From contig NC_134027.1 of NCBI RefSeq assembly GCF_964204645.1, forward strand, positions 7,844,485 through 7,908,484: DNA of 64,000 bases. The letters run 5' to 3'. Positions 25,423 through 38,466 of this stretch are shown piece after piece (position 1 is the first letter of the stretch; each line of letters begins with the position of its first letter). The stretch comes from Tubulanus polymorphus (Eukaryota > Animalia > Nemertea). The translations under genes and the position numbers were made by a program. The notes beneath the pieces are model-generated. The model worked only from the letters and a program-made list of their open reading frames with translations. It searched no databases and was not told the origin of the DNA.

Positions 25423-26582
25423 TCATTGTTGTTGCACTCTAATTTTGCTAAAACACAACGCGCACGACTCGAAAATTGGATCGTATATGCAATGGATGCA
25501 CGTCGATATGTATTTCCTCGTGCAATCTAGATTCAAATAGAAAAACTTGAAACAAGGCGTGACGATCCATATGTGCGCGAATATCGTACAGGCGAACGTA
25601 CATCCCCAGCAAAAAGCCAACGGAAGTCCACAGATGGTCGACGCGATGAGATAGGCGTACTTTTTCGCCGCGCTGAAACACATGAACGCATTCCTCCAGA
25701 CGCAGTCGATACTGCGTACATCATCGGTCTCACCAATAACACCCGAATAACTTACCTAGAATTAAATACAAAGAAGTATAGAAATGAGAGAAAACTTTGA
25801 TTGAGGAATTTCTCCGCGATCTCCGAGCCGTTGGGCTTCCGTGATACGAGTCGAGTGGGTTCACTTCTAAAGTACTAGATTCAGCGCTAGATGTTTAATA
25901 TTCAAGTAATTATTAAAATAAGAAATTTATCGAGGTTTTTGAAATCAATGGAGCTTTATCTTTATTTGTAACGAGAGTACGCAATACATGTATCGGTGGA
26001 ATTTGTTTGTGTTCGATGTGTTGCTAAGCGCTCATAAAACAAATTATGAGCGTATCATAACTTCCGCGTTGATCACAAAGAAACATTGATTAATCTCGGC
26101 TCAGGATATACCTGACTAATAAGGATAAATGGTCAATACTGTTCCTATGAGAACAACTGTATTTGTAAGTCACAATCGATCCGCTTTATTTATTTCCTGG
26201 TATCTACATGCAACCCAAATGTCGCATCCACATTTATTTTTGGAAATTTAATGTTAGTCCATTGATTTTCTAACTTTTAGAGTCCATCATAAACCTATAC
26301 GAAATATCAATCCTAAAAATACTACTATCACTTCCATCATCAAGAAAATGATTCGAATACTAGACCGCACTTTTCTCAGCTTTGTTTATGTTTCCCAAAT
26401 TTTTCAAAGCCCAGTTTACAACTTATTCATACTTTTAACAACTTATACCCCGATCTATTATATATCTTTTTTTTCCATTTACTCACGTCACTGAGGTAGG
26501 CATTTATTTCCTCGGGATCACGTTTTATCATCAAATGCTCCGGTATAGGCTGGTTAACAACTTCCACTTTTTCGTCTGCCAT
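25423..26582 (-). CDS. Caveolin family protein, 2 exons, ~142 aa
   Basis: Exon 1, 26487-26582 (MADEKV...KRDPEEINAYLSD|gtgagt); exon 2, 25423-25755 (VSYSGVIGETDDVRSIDCVW...GLPLAFCWGCTFAC..FAHIWIVTPC...DPIFESCALCFSKIRV). RDP..IN, S.D.VW, HIW...P and DP.FES..FS.IRV are caveolin hallmarks. Confidence 0.92.
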
Positions 26583-29500
26583 GATTACTTTGAATATGAA
26601 GACGTCTAAATCATCAAGTCAAACAACAACAAGACTACAGACAATTCAGGTTAATACCCCATAACCGCGGCTACACAACTGACGACCGCGCTCTTTGATT
26701 CGTTAATGGACACTGTAACGAGCGAATCTGCATTCGTCCCGTATTTATTCCTGTTTCTTGCTGTAAAATCAATCACATATCGACACTAACTAATAATATG
26801 ATCAATATAGGCTATCGATTAACTGATTAACCTTAGAAAAGTTTTGATGCCTTGTGTATCGTCTCCAGGAATATCGTAACTATAGTACACACATATATAC
26901 ATATAGACGCCCACGTATGTTTTTGATCGCAAATATTGTTACCAAGTCAAAATAACTAGAAATCCTAAAAATTATTAATTTGTCATGTTGGTATTGTAGG
27001 AAGATTATTCATATTTTTCTATTTCATTCATTTCTCATAGTGTTCCATTTTCATAAAATTTGATGATTTTAGAATGAGACAGTTTCAGTTATTTTGGATA
27101 TTCGATAATCTTTTACGGTGATTTTCAGAAGATAAAAGGTTTGTTTATGGAAACGACCATAAGACAGTCGATTGTTTCGACGCTCTCAGAAACGACAGAA
27201 ACTTTTTAATGAATAGATCTGATAGTGATGAAGTTTTGACCCTATTAGATTCCGCCAAAGGTGTTCAAGTTGCAGAAATGATTACGCGCGTTGGCTCTTT
27301 TTCAGAATACCAGATGTATCAGTTAGACAATGCCATCATGTAATGTAATGTAACTTTACAACAGTCGAGGAAATAATCCTTAGTTTAGTCTCAATTCTAC
27401 TATTCTGTTTGATTGCGTCGTTGTTTCACGCCACCATTGAACTCAGTTAAAATAGATTAATTTTTCACTCTCGTTTGAGCCATTACTTAAGTTAATTTTT
27501 GACTGTTGGAAAGCCCTGCGTAATGCGATTATCATGACGAAGAATCTGAGGGAAAAGTTTTAGTGCCCGCCGGATCTAGCCAGCCTTCAAACGTGCTCAA
27601 CCATCGTCGACTATCTTGAAGTCATTAGACATCGCCTTTGAATTTCGTTACTCGACAATTAATGCTTATAGCGCGCTGCCGTTAGTGTTTCTACTCGGTG
27701 ACGAGGGTCTAATTTCTTCGTGTATAACAAAATCTAATCTCCATAATAAGTGAACCGGCAAAAAATCTATGCCTGAGATAATCACCACCGCCGAAGCCAG
27801 AAAGGAAGCTTTCGCTGTCGATGGATGTTGATTTTAGATGGTAATTTGTCATTGTTGCCAAGGTTGCCACCTCACACGACGCCGTCGTCACGGAATCGGA
27901 TCTCCATGCGCTGATGATTCTCGTCTGGTCTGTCGGCCAGTCACGATGTCAACGATAGCGAAAGAGTTTCGATTGCTGATAAGATCTGCGCGTTGAGACA
28001 GCGCTAAGATCAAATGCCGTGACTAGTATTTCAGTACCGCAATCACATCATATAATCTTATGTGATCTCGACAGGTGTTCCGATAGAACGAACGATGATG
28101 AATGACCAGTATTGATATCGGCTATTTTTTGTTAATGTATCAGACAATTTGGTCGTTTAATCCCACCATTAGACCTCCGCACGCATGAAACGATTAACTG
28201 TTGGGGATCACTAACAAATTATGCTGAATATTCTACATTATAATGTAGTTTCCATTATCGCTTATAACGGAAAATATTGACCAGCATTAAGAATGAATTC
28301 TCTTTAAAATGGTCTCAAGTGGAGATTCGTGCTTTTGGCTTTTGTTTCAAATTATACAGATTTTATTCTTTAAATTTTCATTGTTTTTAATCAACATTTT
28401 AATTAAATGTTCAATTCATGAATATTCAATCTTTATTCAATTATTCTAGCATTTAGTGACAGCAATAATTTACTTATCATCTTCTATCAAAACGTTGGGT
28501 GTTCCTAGACTTATCTAGTAACCGACATTTTTTTGTCTCCTTTATCCAGAAAAACAGCACCGCGTGCATTGAGCCCTACGTGCTCTCATTGCTAGATTAA
28601 TGGGTCATTACAGTACGAACGATTTGAAGGGTATCTCGAGTAAAAAGCTACCATTGGAAATAGATTGCGTGGTAATTGAATTGTTTCTCGCAGAACGACG
28701 TAAATTACACTTAGATTTTGACTTCAATTTGATTAGGTAAATTACCGGGGCTTTCATAATTTGCGCACGTTTTATTTTGTTACTCGAAGGAGTTTTGTAC
28801 GTCTAGTTTTGTGCGAATCGCGTCTGAGAGCTGCAAGTCTGGTGCACCAACGTTTGGAGAAAAAAAACGAAGACAAATTGATTGCGTCTTTTCAGAGAAC
28901 ATCCCAAATTTTGGTCGAGCCCGTGACTCTTAATGCAGACAACACTATAGAAAATGGACTTTTTTCAATTCGATCGACCGTATTCAGAAGACTCCTAGCA
29001 ATTATCTTAAGGACACTTTACCGACGCTAAAACTACGGCAAACAACTGTTTGGCAATAATTCTTCGGTATTGTATGATCTGTGCTGGTTGGGTTTCTGCA
29101 ATAACAAGTATTTTTTATTTCTTCAGCTGTTGATTATCCGATTTTCAATAAGCGTCAAGTTCCACTTGATTGCGATGGAAGATAAAAAGAAAACCAGCGT
29201 TTTGACGCCGTGTTAGCCTCTTTCGTCGGGGTAACAGCCCGCCAGTTTATTAATCGATAGTTTGGTAGTCATTTGAATTTTTTTAATGAAATTCATACCA
29301 AAGACATATCAGTTGGCCAAAATAGTACATATATATTCTTTCCAATGTTTAAGGTTTAATTATTTGAAAGAGGATAATATGTGCATTTTGCAAAAATAAG
29401 ATTAGTTATACGTTAATATAATATACCCCGTTCCACAGTTCGTAATGTTTGATCCTACAATCAAAATCAGCTCATTTCAGTTCTTCAACTCTTGATTCAA

Positions 29501-32500
29501 ACCGAGAAATAGTGAACTGGATCTTGGTCTATATCCGAATACTAAAATGGTGTACAACATAGGGATCACGATGATTTCCTGCCTAAAAGTGAAAAAAATG
29601 TTTTTTATTCCTTGCATAATTTTTATCACATGTCGTGGAGTGTTCACCGCTGCGTCTACGGTCGATGCAAGAGACATGGCGACACCGTAGGAAGATCTAA
29701 CGTGCGCATATTCCAAATAATGGAGAAAAAACGTAGACTGATTTTTAGCGAATCTAGGGTGCCAAATCTCAACGATATGACGAATAGCAATGTTCACAGT
29801 GGCCATGCTAATGTTTACTTTATAAAACTGATACATATAAGTCTGCGGTTCCCGCCATTACAGGGAATATGGTTGCCTTGTTGCACTCATTACAGCGTGG
29901 CATACCATGCTGTAATGGCTAATTAATTACCAATAAGCTCTAACTTTCTAACTGAGTTTATTCTAGACGACTCGACGATGTCATGGGTGGTATTGTGGAG
30001 GCAGTCATCTCGAGGTTCGTCGAGCGCAAATTGCTACAGGACATGTTTGCGAGAACGTTCGCGTATATGTATTCCTCTTGTGACCACTCACTGATGGCAA
30101 GCCATCGGTCATCAACGATGATTCAAATAATGGAATGATAATTGTATTCCGTCTGATACTAATTTGGAAATCAGGATTCTTGATTTTCTTTTAGCCGAGC
30201 TTTTGTGCCCCGTCGTCTATCCGAATCAAGACATGAACCATAGCAATGAATTTGTTAGTCTATGATATTCGTATTCATTTGGAAAATTGGAGACGCAAGG
30301 ACGTATCCGCGGAGAAACAGTCGTGGAAAGAGATGATACAGTACTCCGACTAGTCGCAGTTGATTCATGCATTTGAGTTCGAAACCAATTTTTGCTGTTC
30401 AAATATCCGGACTGCGAGCTTGTCTGGGTGAATGCATCCTCGGCAACCGCCGGTATGTATCGAAACATTACCAAAGAAAATTACCCGACGACTGTAAAAA
30501 GCGGACTAATTTTCTACTTGAGCTAAAGTTTCAATCATCCTGCTGAATATTTCATTCAAAATTCAAATTGTTATTCGGACAAGTAACCATTCGAAATACG
30601 CAATTCCTTCTTGCGGCTGATTTGATTCGCTGGGGAGGTACTGACCCGTTCAATCGGCAGGAATATTGAGTTTATAAACCATAAATATTATGTATTTAAT
30701 GCGTTCTATCAAGCAGTTATATTCATGTAACATCATATCCAACGCACCTAATATTCTTGTTACGTATATTACATACAATATAAAATCCGGCAATAGGAAT
30801 GCATCAAAAAACAAATAACCGGTTTATTCACCAGAACATCGGATTATTACATAAACGTTATGTCGAAACGACATTTTTAGACATTAACCTGGCATAAATC
30901 AGTCATCAAATATGCTGAATATATAGTCGGTAGAACACGAAGTCACGTGCTTCCCTGTGGTTCATTTCGTCCAGTCCTTTCCGGCCACGTATGCTGACGC
31001 CACGATGTGTCGAAATGGATGAAATGCCATCTTGTTTTGATATGGGTTCTCCGATAATGAAATTGGTCGTCCGTCGGCATATATGCAATCGTCTATCCTT
31101 GATCCTCCGGCTGTGCAAAACCATCGTAGAAATGATTGCACCACGATTAAGGGTTCGCAGATTTGAGTGTGAAGATATGGTTGATTAAACAGAATTGATT
31201 ATTCCAGTTCGATATATGGCCACGATAAAGGTTTATGCAAAAATCTCTTGATAATTTTGAAATTCCAAGTGGTCACTGGTTTAGGTTTCTCGAGTTTTGT
31301 AAACTATGCAAGTAGTTAGTCAACTTTTTAACAAATTGGTCATGTTGCTGACTACATCTCAAAGTTACTAATAAATTCAACAATTTGCTTCAGATGACTG
31401 CGTCCAGTCGTTTATGCCGCAGAGATTCGTCATATGCGCAATATGATGCCTTGTAGTCTTGTTCTACGAAGAGGCTAATTACTAAAAGCCTGTCGTGAAA
31501 AGTACGGGTAACTTGAACTTTAGCCATATGACATTTGTAGATGTATCAATTATCGTTGTCCACATCAATCCTCAATGGACAAGGGACACAGCGTTGCCTA
31601 TAGACCGCGTATGTCTTAACTCTCCTTGGGTACGTTCGGTTCCGATATTGTTTCGTCTTTAAGTTCGATGTGAATTCCTATAATATCAAGGTGGAAGTGA
31701 TCCGTATATTCGATTTCGAATTGAAGGGGTTTGCTGGATACTGAAATAAATTGACTCCAAATAAGTTGGACATACTTCTTTGGAATTTGATCTCAATTAT
31801 GGAGATATCGATCGAATATTTTCAAGCAAAAACATGAGTATGAATTCACAAGAGCAACTGTAGATTAACTGAGAAATCAAAAACATGCGCAACATGTGAA
31901 ACTTGCTCTATATTAACGCCGTATCACTGAGTCAGCTATCATATTTGAAAATGCTTATTTCACAGTGAATTCCAACCTAGGTTTCAACCCCCAAAACCAA
32001 CTGCCCACTGAATAAATCTAGCCGCTAAGCATCAAATGGTAACCTTGTTGTTACCCGTTGTCTATTGTTTCATTGTATCTGCTCCTGCATAATATATCAG
32101 TTTTGAAACTGACTCATATAGTGTCAAAGTACTCTCTAAATTTTCCTTCGAATTGTGGATTTTTCTTCAATTCATATTCAAAGATACACAAATCATCATG
32201 CGGAAGCCACCCAACTATATAGCCCGTAGGTTAACGAACTCATGTGTTAATTGATCTTACTTTAGCAAACGTGGCTCGTTTTGGGTTTAATTGAATAGAA
32301 CGTTGAAGTTATTTGCGCATATCTAGTATAAGATCACTGCACATCCCCTGAGGCCTTTATCAATGCTTTTGGCAAAAAAACGAATCAATCAATGCCCTCA
32401 ATCGACAACAATTCCAAAGACCAAAGACAGTGGTTGGTGATTCTATCCTCGAATATTCAGTACTAGATACTTTTTTAAATGTCTAAAGATGGAATTGATT

Positions 32501-35179
32501 TTTTCTTTTGGAACATCACATCCGCACACACTACGATGTCATGTCGCGCCATTTACTGGAAAATGTAAAGAAATGGCGTAAATGCATAAGTTACAAAAAT
32601 AAGTAGCTGTGATTTGGTACAAAAGTGCATGCGTGACACTTAGGCCTAAGCCTTTAAAGCTTACCCAAATCTCATCACGTGCATTCGTCAAATTCGTTTA
32701 TCTCGTTTTGTGTAAAAGACGTTGTTATTGTTGTCGGCTGAGATTGGCTTTCTACATGTTTGCTGGTAGAATTTTCATTAAGCGATGAAACCGATTCAGC
32801 CTTTGGCACAAATTTAACTCGACGGGTCTCGTGGTTTTTATCGACAGCGACATGTGACTGAGCGGTTAAGTTCTGTGTAAATCAGACTGTTCTCAAGTCT
32901 GAGCCACGTCATCATCGGCGTTTTCTTCCGACTTTTTTATCTGCATTTGATGAAATGCCATAGGCCTACAACGTTAGGACCTGGGATAACAATAAATTCA
33001 TTTTGCTTTGTGTGACAGCTAACAACAACGACAGCAACGAACAATTTCCCGAAAGAGCAATCGGTCTATTCATTTATTTTTTGACGCCTTATAAAACGTT
33101 ACCATTATGAAACCAAAACAATGTTAACCATTCAGCCTCATTTAAAAAAATGGTCGACTGTGCAAATCGTCGCAGGTCTATGTGTACACATACAAGCTAT
33201 TCGGCAGAATATTATTGACACAGATGTAGAATGGCTTCCTGTGATTATATAATGAGCCACATTTGAACGTCGAAATCTTATATTGCATTGAATATAATTA
33301 GAAGACGTGTTGTTATAGTAAAGGATGTGAGATTATATCAGAAGCGGCAGGCATAAATCGAAATGCTAAGTAAATCGGATTATTCGGTCAAAATGGCGGA
33401 TGTATACACGATTTGGAAGTCTGATATAAAAGCAAGACCCTGACATGGGGATGCTGGTGGAATGACGAAGCTATCTACGATCTGTGTAGGGCGTGAATTT
33501 CATCGGCGGCTACAAGCGGTCAATATAAAAATGTGTAAACATATAATTTCATTATTCAAATGTTTTAGAAAATATGTTCGATATTAGGGGTATGCAAGTT
33601 TCATGAGATTAGCAATTTATAATAGCATAGCTGTCATATACGGCTCCGCGTCCTCTGATGGCATGTGTATTAAGTGACTATTCAATTCAATTTTTTATTG
33701 ATCCTTTAAATTCCCAAATTCAATAAAGTAACAAATTTTAAAATAAGAAAATACAACATACAAAACACATGCACAATTCATACAGAACAGCATAAACAAG
33801 TTTATTTCAAATGAAATATCGAGTGACAGCCAAACCGGGACCGGGCCGGCTTGGCCACACGATATGCTCAGCATCCAAAGTCCTATATGAAGCAGACAGT
33901 CAGACGAGCTCTCCTCAACCATGGAGGCAATGAAGTTGCAGACCAACTTAGAGGCAAAAGTGAATGAAGTCGGTCGTAAGTTATCAATTATTGACAGCGT
34001 CAAATATTTTATCAAAATTGATTTTCTTGTTTCACCTGATTCATCTATTCATTCATTTACTCTCATTTCATCAAACAGTATACTTTGTTTTCCACAGCCC
34101 TTTATTACGGATTGGTAGCAAGTAACGCCATATCTTTTATACAATATGAGGCAGAATAAGTGGTCTTCTATTAAGAAGCTTAAATAAAAAGGGCCCTAAC
34201 GACTAATCTCAATAATGTGTGGAAATCTGTCCATCTGGTCAATAGTGTTTGCTATTTACGACAGAGAATGTTTCTTCTTAAGTCAGTGCAGCTGATCCGA
34301 TGCACGGAATTTTGCCGTTAATTACACAATCTGTTGCTGATGGCGATTGCAGCAACGTCTCATTCGTCAGTGCGGTAGTAATCCATGTATTTGCAGTATA
34401 TTCTGAGGCCATACGCCCCACTATACCTCCAGCATTGGCCACCGACATTACGGGAGTCACTTTGTTAGCTAGATGTAAGTGGAAACAATTTTTAATTAAT
34501 GGATGCAAGGTCAGCTTAGATGGAACGAAGTTAACCGCTTAGCAAATGGTTAATAACGCGAGAGAATCCCTATCTATTAGCAGGTGTTAGAGAAAATTGA
34601 ATGCGTTTTCTTGCGATATCAATTGTTCACGGTTCAAATACATATTTACACCATATATATCTAATAACATAATGCCCATAATGTATATCGGTTTATCAAC
34701 TTCACAAGATATCTTATAGACTTAGCTACGATCGACGATTAACCGCGAAGCAACAATCACTACTGGATATTCTACAGAAAATGAATTCGTATCGAATGCT
34801 GAAATTTTGCCCGAGGCGAACGAATCATAATTGGATGCTGAATTTTTACTCAGCCTCCGCATCAAGGTAGAATTTCGTGTCATCTCGGTATTTTTGCCTC
34901 CAACCGCCCTTCGAGATGTAATTAGCAGTTTCTGATCGCGCAAACAAAAAAGAAGCGAGCGGTAGAAGTCCACTCCCGATTGCAGTAATTAGAATCCACA
35001 ATCTAATATGATTGATAGTTACAAGACGTTGATTATGCTTTCATGGACCTTGACGATGAAGCATTTGGTATAGAAGTTAATTAGATAAAGCCAGATTTCT
35101 TGGAGCTATATTCGACAGGTGAGTTTGAAAAACTTACGGTTTCTAGGTTATGATTTTTCATCTCAAGCTATCGATATGG

Positions 35180-35309
35180 CAGAAGTCCGTCATCCACCCA
35201 CGGCAGGGATTCGAACCTGATGGCATCGCTACACTCAGCCACGGCACGAACCGTGGAAATCTCGATGCTATCAGGTTTAAATCCCTGCCGGGGGAGGATG
35301 GTTCATTCT
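35180..35309. repeat. Palindrome made of two inverted tRNA-like/SINE B-box segments
   Basis: cggcagggattcgaacctgatggcatcg (35201-35228) pairs with cgatgctatcaggtttaaatccctgccg (35263-35290). Inner hairpin ccacgg-cacgaa-ccgtgg. B-box GGTTCGAATCC on the minus strand and the variant GGTTTAAATCC on the plus strand. Confidence 0.75.
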
Positions 35310-35597
35310 GAATATTTCTACCGTGATTGTTCGGTTTGGGGCGTTGTTCGTCAAAAAGGCATATCAAAGGCCTCACAGGTAACATATTGAAAATTGGCTT
35401 TATAAATCAATAGTCCAGGTGTATGTACAATCGGTCTATAAATCACGTATAATTGGTAATAGGAACACGGTTATTCACCAGGCAACAACACTGAATTGGG
35501 AAGCTTTCCCAGGGAGGGAAAATAGCACGCAAACGGCAATGGCCTCGTAAATAGCAAAAGAGCGTATGCAAAGAGTCACGATTTACTACCGTAGCCA

Positions 35598-35682
35598 ACC
35601 GGAAGTATACATCGACACGGGGACCGGAAGTCGACAGCACCAAACGGAAGTCGAGCGCGGTCAGTCGAAATGCTTGTCCAAT
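35598..35682 (+). promoter_or_regulatory. Cluster of three ETS-type CGGAAGT motifs plus a CCAAT box
   Basis: ACCGGAAGT at 35598 and 35623, ACGGAAGT at 35644, CCAATCAG at 35678. No downstream gene was identified, so a transposon origin is possible. Confidence 0.3.
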
Positions 35683-38296
35683 CAGCGCTGTTACTTGAGC
35701 GCTGCCATGATATGTCAGATAACACGTTTAAACCACGAAACTTTTTCACAACCGATTCACAAGTTCATAACAACTAACAGTAGATGTATATATTGAGAGG
35801 AGCTACTCGTTATGAATAGGATTCAGCAAACTTAATCACATCTATCTGTGCTCTTGGTTCTGAGGCGCAAATATCATTTTGCGGACCAACGAAATTCTTG
35901 TCTGAACATTTTGATGGTCATTTTCGATGGTTCCACCAGGTATACCTCCGGCAGACACCGAAATAAACTGAATTTTCTCTGCGGAGACATAGACGATTCC
36001 GTAGCCTTCGGTTTTTGCTAACCGTATTTTCAGCAGTCGACCAACGTAACGCGATTTCCGGCCACAGGGAAACTGCCAATTAGATGCCGATTTTGCTCGA
36101 GATTACCATCCGACCTTGACCTTCTATATAGCCTATCTTCCGAGATAGTTCAGCTAAAAAATAAATTTAGATGGAAAAGTCACATTGGGCTATCGAAAGT
36201 CTCGTTGTTATTCTTATTGTGATATTATTTTTAATCATCAATGGAAATATATCTACGATTATGGAATTCTATTATGAGTTATCATTTTAATCAGATGACT
36301 CGGGTTATGGAGCGATAAAGTCATGGCACATGATGGATTGTTATTTTCAGTAGCCTCACCTAATTAGCTCGATGTATCTTGCTAAATGACTATCTTGGCG
36401 AGGTTATTTTCCAGCCGAATAGACATATCTCAGTTGATCCGAATTGCGCTTCCTCGTGGGCATCAGGCACTAATTTGACGCAGTGCACAAAGTGTGAACG
36501 GACGATATTTTCGGTGTATTCTTCCGTACGTAAATTCATCGCCAACAAAGACACAATAATGGTTTTGGGGCCCAGTAAAGCATGAACAGCAAATAACTTT
36601 CCGATGCTCGATTCGTCCTCGCAGTTTTTCAAGCGACCCGGGGGTTAGGTCTGTGTTTTACTATATGGATTACAAAAATGGATTTACTTTTTAGCACAAA
36701 TACAGACAGAGCGAAACACAAGTTTTCCCTTCAGCATAATCGCAGGGGCTTTTTGCTTTGCTTGAAACAGTGAGGAAAATACATGTAATTCGGCCGAAAA
36801 GACCCATCTTTATCAATCAAACTGAAAGCAAATCACATCTAAAACGATTTACGTACAGCGAACATAATATAATTCCTTCAACAGGCCTGACTTTTATTTT
36901 AGGTGACAGCGCCAATTGAAGTAGTCTCCACGTCAGTGAAATTGCAAACACAATCAGTTTTTCATCAACAGTGACGCTCGTTTAATTTCCTGTAGAATTA
37001 AATATTAGTGTAGTAGGGCTTTTCATCCGACTAGGTCAGAATCGCCACTCGGTATCTCTCAGTACAATATTCCCCAGAGTGATTGGGAAAGGAAGAAATC
37101 ATCTAATCTAGTGATTGATAATCATGCTGGCAGTTTCTAAACGAACTTAAGATGCAATTCGATTTGAATAAATGGGAATTGATATGCTTTCTTAACTATA
37201 GGTTGGGTTAGGCAGCACTACCGGTAACCTAGGACCAGTTCCGTGTTGCATGACAAGTATTGATTATTTCCGAATTTCTTTCTTTCGCCAGCTCTTTGTT
37301 AGGTATTTTTTTCTTGACTATTCTGTAGATAGATTACTCTAAAACCGGACCCAGAAAACATTCCCCGCTTTGTGAACGCCCGGCAGAGTTCAAGAGCGAT
37401 GATCAACTTGATGATTTATTCATTAAAAGCTCGGCAAGTAGCGGTATTTAACTTACTTAATGGTGAATTACCACCCGTGGTACAATAAATTACTTGGTCA
37501 TTTGGATGCGAGATTGTATCAAGCGACACCTTCACGACGGTTATTATACAACTTTATATGAGGTCTTGATTAATCCATAAAAACCCTAAGACCTTCGGTC
37601 TGACGGTGTGAATAGCGTTTATTCAGTGTCGAAGACCGTTCCAGTTTTCGGGGGGAAATTAAATGCCAAATTCTAAAATCTCGGCGCGCGCGAGATTAGA
37701 AACGTGATTTATGCGACAAACTAGATCTGACAGGCATCAAGTGCCCATATTGGACGCCATGTTTAATTGCTCAATCATGCCGGGTAATGTGCGAAAATAA
37801 CATCGCATGGTTGCGCAGTTTAATCACGCATATTTCTCCTCTCACTCCATGAGTAGTCACGAAGAGTCTGAGAAGTTTGGTATATATGATGAATATGAAA
37901 TAGATAGCCCGGTTTCATTCGTATGGTAGGAGCTACCCATAACGAATCTATATCCCCATCAACGCGAGTGTTGCTGCTAACCTTTCAGTACATGAAATAC
38001 TTAAACATTGCATTCTAATACATTCATGCAAATCATATATATGTATATGTCAGGCAGAGCCTCCGATTTGTTTTTCAAACAACAAAAACCTGGAACGTGA
38101 CTTCTTCATTCATTGACAGATATCGGTTATTAAGCACTCCACTATATTCACCATTTCTATTGTATCGGTGATGAAACTCTCTTATCCTTGACGGCCTTAT
38201 TCTACGATGAATTCTTTTACATTCAACAAAATGTTTTTTTTCTTTAAATTTATGTACTGACTTAATAAGAGCCAGCCTATGCGTCTCGCATTATTG

Positions 38297-38466
38297 GAGG
38301 GGCGGATCCAGAGACACATTTTGAAGGACTTGTCACATCCCAAAAGGGCACTTGATGTCCACAAATTCAATATTAGGGTCACCACTGCACAGAAAAAGTA
38401 AAAGGGCACTAAAGAAAATTCAATGGACTTGTACATGTCTTAAAGTCCCCTGTGGATCCACCCCTG
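38297..38466. mobile_element. Short MITE, (C)AGGGGCGGATCCAG TIR family
   Basis: gaggggcggatccag ... gtggatccacccctg, with two internal aaagggcact words, the reverse complement of the AGTGCCC repeats in the 58.4-kb element. Confidence 0.7.

Noticed and set aside
33680-34120. Possible LINE 3' tail on the minus strand (AATAAA plus TTGAA repeats) with adjacent ORFs
   Set aside because: No RT or endonuclease motif is recognisable in the adjacent frames.
35201-35290. Possible tRNA gene
   Set aside because: Only the B-box/T-arm is present; no D arm, anticodon arm or acceptor stem can be folded.
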